Of a DNA stretch of 64,000 bases, positions 1-10,805 are shown in pieces (within the stretch, counting starts at the first letter, position 1; each line of letters begins with the position of its first letter). The notes beneath the pieces are model-generated. The model was given only the letters and a program-made list of their open reading frames with translations. It was not told the DNA's origin and made no database searches. The position numbers and the translations under genes are program-made. The stretch covers positions 257,812 to 321,811 of the forward strand of contig PS015054.1 of NCBI GenBank assembly GCA_048213135.1, written 5' to 3'. This DNA comes from Reclinomonas americana ATCC 50394 (lineage: Eukaryota).

Positions 1-450
1 CGCTCCAATCCTGCATCGTCGAGCACCTCGCCCATTCCCACCGACGGCGATGTCGGTGTCAGCGGGATCGACAGGGGTGGTGCGCTGAAGAATCTCGATG
101 CACCAAGCGGCTCCACCACTGCTTCATCGACGCCCACACTGATGGTGCTCTCCGACAACCCATCGCCCGACAACAAGTAATTGCATTTGCATGATAACAG
201 GTACTACATTGGGGTTGGGGCTTTTTTTCAGTGGTGGCGTGATATACAGTGGGGGGGTTTCAAAATTGCGCTTCTGCGCACTGAAGGCAGAAGCGCTGCG
301 GGGGTGCCGTCGATTACTAGGAAATTCGAGTGCGAGAGGAAAACAGAGGAGACCAAAGAGCGCTCGCACAAGTACTAGGGTGGGGGGGAGGAGGAGGGAG
401 GAGTAGGAGGGAAGAAAAAAGTGGGGCGGGGAACCGAGAGATGATGATGC

Positions 451-1032
451 TCAGCAGAAAAGCTTGAGCCACTCGTTCTGGTCCACTACTCCGTCGCCAT
501 TGGAATCAATTGTGGTCATTAGCGCGTCGAGGTCCGACTCGCTGAGATTCTCGCCGAGCGCTTGCAGCGCCGACTTGAGTTCCGCACGGCTCAACGCACC
601 GTCACCATCCTAAGCAAACGAAGAAGGTGGTGATGATGAGCTTTGGTACAGAAACAAACAAACAAGGAGGCATCGAGGGGGACAACTCACCGTATCAAAC
701 AGGTGGAAGCACTCGAGCAACTCGGCGTGCGGGTCGGTGGCATGTCGTGCATCGAGGAGCGCCATAAAGTCCTCGAGCGAGACAATGTGCTTGGAGGAGA
801 TCGAGGCGGCGAGGTCCTTGGCCTCACTGGCCGTCACACTCAGACCGAATCGCGACAGCACGGTTTGGATCGACACATGATCCATGCGTTGCTTGCCTAC
901 ACACACACACACACACAGAGAGAGCAATGAGCACACAGCACACAAGAGCGAGTGTGTGTTGATGAGTGTGTGCCTACCAGAGGAGAAGTACTCGAAGACG
1001 GCACGTGCGTTCTCGTAGAATCCGCTCGACAT
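451..1032 (-). CDS. Calmodulin/centrin-like EF-hand protein (2 introns)
   Basis: Spliced translation MSSGFYENARAVFEYFSS...ELLECFHLFDT|DGDGALSRAELKSALQALGENLSESDLDALMTTIDSNGDGVVDQNEWLKLFC*. Two canonical C-terminal EF loops; N-lobe degenerate. Confidence 0.85.
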
Positions 1033-1472
1033 GATGATGTTGGTGGGTATGAGGGTAGTTGGGTTGTGTGTTGGTGGTGGAGGGCAAGTTGCGTACTCTC
1101 GAGTGGGAGACGAAAACAGTATGGTGAACAGTGCACGGTTGGCCCTTTCGTTTTGTTGACCACTTGTTCCGTGCCGGTGTGCCGTTCTTCCGTATTCGTA
1201 TCGCCCACACACACTTGATAACGAGAGAAAAAAACGGAAATCTTCGTTTGCGGTTGTTGTTGTCGTCGCACACACACACTCTCGCTCACACACACACTGT
1301 CACACAACACGCACGCGTGCCAGCCGTGATGCTGATGACGCATCCTATTCACAATTCATTGCCTTGCTCGTCACATGCCATGATTTCAGTGGGCGAATTG
1401 CATGACGTCACGCGGACAAACACCACTGTCCATTGTCCATTGTCCCTCACACTCACAAACACACACAAAGAA

Positions 1473-3143
1473 ATGGCGTCTGCGGCGGGTGCAAGCTCTG
1501 AACCAACGTCAGGCGCCGGTGGCAACACGGGCGCCATCAGCGACGTGATTGTGCATCCGATTGTGCTGCTCAGTGTGGTCGACCACGTCCACAGGATCAA
1601 CAATCCACGGTACACTTGCGCGCCAAAAAAAGAGGGACACAGAGAGAGAGTGTGTGTGTCTGTGTGTTGCTTGTCTGGCATGCACTCTCTTTGTGTGTGT
1701 GTTTGTGTGTATGGCATGCGTGTGCACATTCACGCTCATTCTCTTGTCGTGTGTGCGTGCGTGTGTGTGCGCCATGCTCACAAAATGCCCGCGCGCCACT
1801 CCCACGCACACACACACGCACGCACGCACGTTGTCCAGCATGTCATCATCTTGCCACTCACACGCACGCACATGCATGCACTTTGTGATGCTGTTGTCTT
1901 GTGATGAACCGATTTGAGTTCGCGCTCTTGTTGCACAGCGGAATTGCAGTCGCTCACTCTCTTTGCTCTTTGTCTTTCTTGTTGTGTTTGTTGTTGTTGT
2001 TGTGCTTCCACTCCATCCACAGGAAGCGAGTGGTGGGCATTCTTCTTGGCGAGATTCACGACAAGCACGTGGACATCACCAATTGCTACGCGGTGCCGTT
2101 TGATGAGGACGAGCGCAACCCCAGCATCTGGTTCCTCGATCACAACTACCACGAGGAGATGCGTGACATGCTGCGAAGAGTGTCAGGTGGGTCGACGTCC
2201 TCCTCTCCCCCCTCAACGTGGCGAGTCTTGCGCAGTGTGTGTGACTCTCTTCTCTTGTGCTGTGCAGCCAACGAGAAGGTCGTCGGGTGGTACTCGTCGG
2301 GGCCGCGCATGAAGCCCTCGGATCTCGACATTCATCGCTTGATCATGAAGTACTGCGCGCAACCGGTGTATGTGATTGTCGATGTGCGGCCGCAGGCTGA
2401 CGAAGCACGCTCGGCCGGCGTTCCCACCGAGGCCTACACGGCCATCGAGTCGGTGCAGAACGAGGGCGAGGAGCCGCAGCTGTCGTTCCAGCACATTCCC
2501 TCACAGGTTTGTCTGTCTCTCAGTCTGTGTGTGCGCTGCTTGCTCACCACGCCGCTGTGCCAGATTGGTGCCATGGAGGTGGAGGAGATTGGCGTGGAGC
2601 ACCTGCTGCGCGACGTCAAGGACACCAACATCTCGGCACTGACCACCCAAGTACACCAGATGGTGTCGTCGCTGGCTGGCCTACTGGGCAAGCTGCGCTC
2701 GATTCATGCCTACTTGCAGCAGGTGGTGGAGGGCCGCGCGCCCGTCAACTACCGCATTTTGTATCACTTGCAAGACATGCTGAATTACCTGCCAAACCTG
2801 CAATCGCCCGAGTTGGTGCGTCGGGTCATTGCCCCTGCATCGCCGCATTACTGTTTACGTAGCGATGCTGATATCCTCTCTCTCTTTCTCTGTGCAGACG
2901 AGCGCCCTGTCGACCAAGACCAACGACATGATGCTGGTGGTGTATGTGAGCTCGATGATTCGCGCCATTATCGCGCTGCACAACCTCATCAACAACAAGC
3001 TCGAGCTGAAGGCCAAGGAGGCCGATGCCGAGAAGAAGGCTGCCGAGAAGGACGAGAAGAAGGAGAGCGACAAGGCCGCCGCCGCCGCCGAGGGCGACAA
3101 GAAGAAGAAGGAGAAGGAGGGCGGCAGTGGCAGCGCGCCATGA
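1473..3143 (+). CDS. PSMD7: 26S proteasome lid subunit Rpn8 (MPN domain), 4 introns
   Basis: VIVHPIVLLSVVDH..KRVVGILLG, NCYAVPFDEDERNPSIWFLDHNY, EKVVGWYSSGP, EEIGVEHLLRDVKD, KTNDMMLVVYVSSMIRAIIALHNLINNK, KEKE-rich tail. Confidence 0.97.
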
Positions 3144-3442
3144 GCAAGCGAGGGTTAAGCTCGTCGTTGTCGTCGTCGTCGCCGCACTATACAGAGAAGA
3201 TTGGAGGGGAAGGGCGATGGTTTGTAGTGGAAAAACAATGGACCTACAGGGGAGGAAAAGAGAGTATGCACGTTGATCATCGAGTCGTGAGGATCACTTC
3301 ATTGTTGAGCTGCAGGGACTCGTCGTGAGCATCGCTCTCTTTTTCTCTGGCCAACTCTGGCGGCCATTGTCCATGATGTTTGTGCTGTCGGTTACCGTCA
3401 CATGTGTCACTCACTGACTTATGATGATGGCGATTGAAGTGA

Positions 3443-5379
3443 TCAGTCCGTGGTCAGCGAAAACATGGCGTCGGGGAGCGTCGAGCCGAGGGTGGTGTTG
3501 TGTCGCACCACATCGGCCAATCGGATCGGCTGCTGTGGCTCTTCTCTGCTGCCATTCACACGCGAGCGACCGAGTCCGCGGAGCAGCACCAAGCGGAACG
3601 TCTCGCCCACTAGAGCCCCGCGATTCGGCTCCAGCAATCCGCCCGAGGCAAGGTCACTGCAGGTGATCGGGAAAAAGTGAGGAAGCGGGTTGTCAATGTG
3701 GATAGCAGCAGCAGCGGCACGCAACACTTGGTCGATGGTGACAAAGGTGGAAGCCTGTGTTGCATGTCAGTGGATGGAAGGAGCCATATTCCAAGTGTCA
3801 CGGACGCAACGAGAGCAGATGCAAACTTGGGAGACAAGTCGGCGAAAGACGAGTACCGCGGCAGTCCCAGCGACTGGCGAACATCGTTGAGCGACGGCAG
3901 TGCATCGCCGTGCATCGCCAGCAACTCGGTCAGCACCAGACGAACGGGGATCTATGTCGCCCATTCAATAACATTGCAGAAGCTTGAGATTACCACGCTC
4001 CCACACGCACGCAACTGGACTGGAGGAGGTGGACAGGCGGCGAAGAATGCCGTTGATTCCGCTCTCCACCACCGACCGCACGTGCCACTCGCTCGACGCA
4101 AATCCTGCACACCGATGCAAGAAGTCAAACTCTCTCCTTCAAAATTCCATACCGCCAGGCAGCGACTGATTGGCGCAACTCGCCGCATCCAGACGACCAG
4201 CCACACGTAGAGCACGCAGCACCACGGCCAGCGCCCGCTGCGTCAACGGCGAGTTGTCGCTCGATTTTCCGCCGGCAGAGCCAATGACGGCCGGCAACCA
4301 CTCGGAAAAGGTGATTGCGTGCATGGCGGCGACAGTGGAGCGCCGAGCCTCCACAAACACCTTGTCCTCGCTCCACGACGGGTTCGCCCAGCGAATCAAC
4401 GCCGCCTGCCGATTGTGCTCACGCACCCACAACGTGTGCAGCGCCACACCTCCCGGACTCTCCGACGCACGCATGTCACCGCTGACAAACAGCGACTCGT
4501 CCTCCATCGCTTTGCTGGCGTCGTCTGACACGGCGCCCTCCACGTTGCGAGGCAGCATGTCGCCAACCGCGGTCGTGTCGCAGCGGAGCCGACCACTGCC
4601 ATCGGCCGCTCGTCGCAATCGCGTCCGCTCGGCCATGCTGCCGTAGATCTGCAGCGATCGACCCGACGATCAGCCAGCCAGCCAAGATGATGAAACTAAA
4701 GGAAGGCGACATGCGCACCTGACTGCCATCCAGCAGAGGGGTGGGGGCGTGCTGTGGTGGCTTGTTGCCGGCAGCCGTAATGACGGGACTGTTGGTGCAG
4801 TCGTCGTGAGTACGCAGCGATGGGGAGGTGGGATCGGCGTCCCTCGGAACGCAACGCAATGTCATGCTCGAGGAACTCGGCCCACTGCCACACCTGCAAG
4901 TCGACAGGAGGTGAGACGAGGTGAGGAGGGCACGACGATCACGACTTGAAGAATCACCATGGATGGAACGCCACCAACACAAAGCATCGGCAGCAGCGGT
5001 GCCTCCAACAGTGCATTCCTGCGTGGCACCTCACTGTGCACGCCCTGCTCCGCCTGCTCCTGCATCATCAACAAGAGCGCGGGTTCTCTAATCATCCGTT
5101 CACTGCGACGAGAAAAGTGGCTTGAGCGCGATCCACGAGGATCAGGCGATCTCTCTCTCACGCACACACTTACCTCTCACTGTCACCAGCGTGTGGTGAG
5201 TGTCGCAACACGGTTCCAGAAGCTGAGCAGAAGAGCATTAACACAAAGTTTCGATCGCGATCGCTCTCACTCTCTCTCCTCGCGACGCAACTCTCAATCG
5301 AGCTCGCCTCCACTCCACGCAGCGCCACGCACATAACCACTAACATCGCCACCATCACCGTTGCTGTGCACCTCTGCAT
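3443..5379 (-). CDS. Secreted peroxidase-cyclooxygenase (animal heme peroxidase) family protein, degenerate
   Basis: Signal-like N-terminus MQRCTATVMVAMLVVMCVALRGVEA; WQWAEFLEHDI; GDMRASESPGGVALHTLWVREHNR; FVEARR..ITFSEWLPAVIG; LPSLNDVRQSLGL; DLASGGLLEP..GALVGETF. Confidence 0.8.
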
Positions 5380-5620
5380 CTCCTTTGCTTCTTTTCCTTG
5401 TAGTCTTCTTCTTCTTCTTTGGTAGAGGTTTTCTTGCTTGAGCGGCAATCTAAGTGCCGTCTATTCTAAAGAGGGAGCTGGCGGCGAGGAGTGCGCTGTT
5501 GCCTCCTTTGATCCAACCCTCGCTCTCACTGGCGCGCAATCAACAACTCTCTCACGCCGGAAGAATTCTTGTCGTGTTCGGATTATCCTAAATGCTGATA
5601 TCGTCAACTTCGTTTTTTGT

Positions 5621-7655
5621 TCACTCAAACTGCACCTCGTGCTGGCACGTGGGGCACTTCTTTGATGTCCTCAACCACGGCACAATGCAGTCCGAGTGGA
5701 ACGAATGACCGCATGTGAGGAATCGCACTTCTTCATCGCCGGCAAACGACTCCATGCACACCGAGCAGCTGTGCATGCATGCATGAATCAGTGAGGAGGA
5801 TGAGGGGGAAGACGGAGAGTGTGCAACGCACTCTTGGCCGTTCATCTGTGATCCGACGGCTGTCGGCAACTTGAGGATGTCTTCGTCACTCAGTCCGACC
5901 GACACGTCTTGGAAGACGAGCAGGTTTTGCTGTGCACGCGCGCAGTCAGTCATCGCCAGTTGCATGCCTCCCACGGGGGGAAACGACAAAAACCTCATAT
6001 GTCAGCTCCTCGGGGAGCAGTGCGCCCACATTGAGCAGCAGGCGAAGTTGTTCGCTCGTCATGCTCTCGCCGTCGTGCATGCGCTGCAGCAGTGCACGGA
6101 TCTGCGTCTGGTCGCCACCTCGGTGCCGATTCAACCGCGGCAGTTGGCCGGGCAGGCCGCGAGCAATCCCAGCCACTGCACTGGCCTCGCCGGCAGGATC
6201 CCGAATGGGAATCTCGCGTCTGCCCCCTCTGCCCCCACTACTACCACCACCACCTCCTCCTCCACCGCCACTGCCACCAGCGGCGCCATCCCACATAGCC
6301 TGGCGGAAGTTGGCCGGTCGGTACGCATCGGCGGCGCCAAACTGCGCCTCCACTGCTCGCACGTCACGACGCGCTGCTGGCACGTCACCGCCACCACCAC
6401 GACGTACTGGAGGTGGTGACAGCGGATGATGCATATCTGTGCGACGGCGAGAGTGGGGTGAGACGATATGCAGGGATGAATGCATAATCAGCGCATGCAC
6501 GCACCTCGCTGCTGCAGCTGCATGGCCAGCTGTCGATCGTGTTCCTCCTGCTGGAGCCTCTGTTGCTGCTCTTCATATTCACGCTGCCGTTGTCGGCGTG
6601 CGGCCTCTTCGGGTGACATGGGCGCCTCGCCTCCACGCACGAGTGCGGGCGGCGGCGGCAGTTGCTGCGGCACACCACCACGAAGACCACCGTCAGCAGC
6701 TTGCGGCCACGGCACCACCTCGGCGGCCGGCTCCACGGCCGGCGGTGATTCCACATCGACCGGCGGCAGTGCTCCGTTCGAGCCGCGATACCGTGCTCGC
6801 ATGCCAACATACTCGAATCCGGGCGGGACGTCACCCGAGGCGCGCGCCGCAGCGTTGGTCACCGACGTGCTAACGCCCGCAGCAGCGGCAGTCGCCGCCT
6901 GCAGCACCGCAGCGCCCCTCGGACTCACCACCTCCGGCACACCAGCCGCAGCCGCCGCCGCAGCCGCCGCCGCACTATCAAAACCACGCAATCCCGGCAT
7001 ATTGATCGGTGGCGGTGGCGGCTGCGGCTGGGCGCTTCTCGCCGGCAGCGGACTCTGCTGCGTAAACGCAGCCAGCGCCTCACGCAGACTCTCCACCTCC
7101 GCCCTCTTCGTGTTCATCTCGTCCATCAACAGCTGGTTGCGTGCCGCCAGATCACTGCAGATTCCACCCACCATGAGCATCGTGTCGCAAAGGATCCTCT
7201 CCCGCAGCCTGATCTCACCTCGCGCGCTTCTCCACTGTCTTTCTCCGCGTACGCTCCTCCTTCACGCGCTCCATCAACACATGCTGACTCTCGCGCAGCT
7301 GCCGAATCTCATCGGCCATGATCTCTGTGCTGCTGTTGCCTGCGCCACCGGCCTCCTCGCGCGCTCTCTCCGCCCTCTCCAACCGCCGCCGCAGCTCCTC
7401 CGTCTCCCGCGCAAACATCTCCCGCTCGCTCTCCGCCACCGACAGCTCGCGCGTCAATCGCGCAATGGTGTCGTCGGCCTCGCCCCACCGCGGAGAGCGC
7501 GAACGGCCCGCCGAAGAGCCAGAGGACGCGGTGCGGACAACTGCGTCCAGTGCGGCTCCGGCGCGCTCGCGCACTGGAATGTGATCGAGAGGGTCGGCAT
7601 CGCCAAAGCGATACGCACCTGCGGCGCCGCCAAGTCGCCGACCGCCACTTGCCAT
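5621..7655 (-). CDS. RING-H2 E3 ubiquitin ligase with N-terminal coiled coil
   Basis: C-terminal CSVCMESF..VRFLTCGHSFHSDCIVPWLRTSKKCPTC, preceded by ELTYE..VGLS; E/R-rich coiled coil near the N-terminus. Confidence 0.88.
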
Positions 7656-8055
7656 GCCGCCTGTGCGCGTGAGCAAGAGAGTGAGAGAGAAAGTGTGAGA
7701 GTGTGTGTGTGAGAGTGTGCGCCAGTGAGAAAGGAGGACGAAACGCGTGAGAAACGCAGTTGCTTTGCTGTGGTGTGTGTGAGGTTGCTGACGGTGGACG
7801 ACGCTCATATAGTGTCAGGTGAACACGCACACACAAACAATCGATTTTCTCTCTTTTCTCTTCTCTCGCAGAAAGCGCAAAACACACACACAGAAACAGA
7901 AAGGAACCTCAACGTTCTGAAACGATGTGTGCGACATCATTACCTTTTTGTAAACAACACACCAATGAATGAGAGTGGACAGTTGCAACGCGAGCCCACT
8001 GTCCCACTCTCAAATTTGTTTGTTTGTTTGTGTTTTTGTGTGTGTGTTGTCACCA

Positions 8056-9600
8056 ATGGGCGAATCGGGCTACTCGTACTCTCTGACGACCTTCTCACCG
8101 TCGGGCAAGCTGGTGCAGATTGAGTATGCATTCGCGGCTGTCAATGCCGGCGCGACTTCGCTGGGCATCAAGGGTGAGACAGACGGAGACAGAGACAGGC
8201 ACACACACACACAGTGAGAACGAGGAAGTGCGCGTCTGACGAGAGAAGGCGCGGGAGGGGGGCGGAGAAGGAGAGAGATGTCGCACTGCGCGCGCTTTTG
8301 CTTGTCTGTGAGGACATCTCTCACATACGCACACACACACTTGTCTCCTCTCACACACACACTCACACTTATCTCTGTCTCTCTCTCTCTATCTTTGCAG
8401 CGACGAATGGTGTGGTGATTGCGACACAAAAGAAGTTGCCGTCGACGCTGGTGGATGAGAAGTCGTTCAGCAAGGCCTTCTTGCTCGACGATCATGTGGG
8501 AGTGGTGTACTCGGGCATGGGTCCCGACACGCGAGTGCTCATCAACAAGGGCCGCAAGAGCGCACAGGCGGTGAGTGGCGGGGATTGAAGGGAGAGGGAA
8601 GGGAAGGGAATTGAGGAATGCAAGCAGTGGGGCGGGGAGAGNNNNNNNNNNNNNNNNNNNNNNNNNNNNNNNNNNNNNNNNNNNNNNNNNNNNNNNNNNN
8701 NNNNNNNNNNNNNNNNNNNNNNNNNNNNNNNNNNNNNNNNNNNNNNNNNNNNNNNNNNNNNNNNNNNNNNNNNNNNNNNNNNNNNNNNNNNNNNNNNNNN
8801 NNNNNNNNNNNNNNNNNNNNNNNGGAGGGAGGGAGGGAGAGAGAGAGAGAGAGTGCGAGGTTCAGGGGAGAGATTGATGACCGAAAGTGAACAATCCATA
8901 GGGTCAGAGGCATGAGAGAATGCAAGCACTGAGAGTCAGAAGAGGGCCAGACAAGGTGCAGTGGAGAGGGAACAGAGGGAATGCCTGCAATTCGTGCACT
9001 GACAACAAGAAGACTTGACGATTCAAGAGAGAGAGAGATGAAATGAGGGCGAGAATAAGGTTCAGCAAAACTCAACCTCCGTCTCTCTCTCTTTCCCTTC
9101 TCTCGCGCAGTACTTCCGCATGTACCAGGAGCGCATTCCCGTGTCGCAGCTGGTGCGCGAGTTGGCCGCTGTGATGCAGGAGTACACGCAGTCGGGTGGC
9201 GTGCGGCCGTTTGGCGTGTCGCTGCTGGTGGCGGGCTTTGATTCGCAGGGCCCGCACTTGTACCAAGTGGATCCGTCGGGCTCGTACTGGGCGTGGAAGG
9301 CCAGCGCCATTGGCAAGAACTCGACCAATGCCAAGACCTTTTTGGAGAAGAGGTGTGTGTGGCACTCTCTAGTCTTTTCCCTCCACACCAATCCGTTGCT
9401 CATTCCCGCTGCGCACGGTGTCCAGGTACCACGACGAGATGGAGATTGACGATGCCGTGCACACGGCGCTGATCACGCTGAAGGAGGGCTTTGACGGACA
9501 GATGGATGAGAGCAACATTGAGGTGGCCACCGTCGGCCCCGACATGAAGTTCACCATCCTCTCACCAGCACAAGTCAAGGACTATCTCGATCTCGAGTAA
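8056..9600 (+). CDS. PSMA2: 20S proteasome subunit alpha-2
   Basis: [83 protein letters not shown]. Three introns, one spanning an N gap. Confidence 0.97.
8642..8823. other. Assembly gap (N run) inside PSMA2 intron 2, flanked by GA-rich repeats
   Basis: N run seen directly. Confidence 0.99.
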
Positions 9601-9816
9601 TCCACCTGCACATGCGCGGTCACGATGGCAGTGCGCGCCACGCCACTGCCGTCTGACGGGGGGGAAGAAATGAAGAGCGAGAGAGCGAGATGGACACACA
9701 CTGGGGGAGTGTCGTTCACTGCATGTAGGCACCGGCATTGCGGGTGGGCGCATCGTGCATCTCTCCGAGAGCTCGCACTCTCTTCACCCAAGCGAGACAC
9801 TCTTCGCTCGCGTTGC

Positions 9817-10728
9817 TCACCCAGCTGTCGTCGACTCAGCATACATGCTCACTGCCGCCAAGGCCGCAACGGCCGCCGTCTCCGAGCGCAGCACCAGCGG
9901 TCCGAGCGACACACACTGCGTGCCCGACTGCCGCAGCAGCACATTCATGTCGCGCTCACTCCAGCCGCCCTCCGGCCCGACAACCACCGCCACATGCGAC
10001 GGCGGCGCCGACTGCCACTCGTGCATCACACGCAACAGTGGCCGCGCCTCGCCCACACCACGCTCCGCACACACCACGACACGCGCTCCGGCCACCGCAA
10101 CCATCCGCAACGCTTCACTCAACGCAATCGCCGTCTCCGATACCAGCTGCGGTCCGGCGTCGAGTCGCTCACACTGCTCCGCCGCGCCCACAATCCACTC
10201 CTCAGCGCGACGCAGCGCCCCCACGTGCTTGCCCACCTCTGCAAACTCACTGGCAATCGGTATCTGCTCGTCGACAACTCGTCAGGCCTTCGGAAGACAC
10301 CAGCACGAGGGAGAACAAAGGATCGCACCAGTGAGTGCGCGCCAAGCTCAGTGGCCTTCTCGACCACGAACCGCGCTCGTTCCCGTCGCAGAGGCGCAAA
10401 GAGCAGACTCACATGCGTCATAGGAGCGTGAGGTGGCTGTGCGCGAATCTGTTCCGCCACACGATACGAGCTGCCGCGATCGAGAAGCGTCGCCACAAAC
10501 TCACCCGAGACACCGTCGAATACGCGGAACTGTTCTCCTGTCGGTCAGACGGAGGTCAGCAACAAAGGAGGAAGAGGAAGAGGAGAATGAGAAGAGGACT
10601 GACTGACCAGCTCGCATGCGCAATACATCGCGTAATCGGTGCGCCTGCTCGGCGCTGAGAGGGAGCTCGCGATTGGGCGATAGGCAAGCAGTGGGCCCGA
10701 CAAAGAGACGCGATAGGCGGTGCCACAT
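9817..10728 (-). CDS. rsmE: 16S rRNA m3U1498 methyltransferase (RsmE, SPOUT family), intron-containing
   Basis: AHRLRDVLRMRAG; FVVEKATELGA; WIVGAAEQCER; VVVGPEGGWSERD; SLGPLVLRSETAAVAAL. 3' end uncertain. Confidence 0.9.
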
Positions 10729-10805
10729 TTAATTCCAACCAGGGAGAGAGGACGAGCAGGACCTCCTGCCACCACCTCCGATTGTGTCAGGTGCACTCCG
10801 TCACA

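Noticed and set aside
1-200. Possible exon of a minus-strand gene running off the window start
   Set aside because: An open frame exists (SESTISVGVDEAVVEP...) but has no clear start or recognisable motif, so it is too weak to call.
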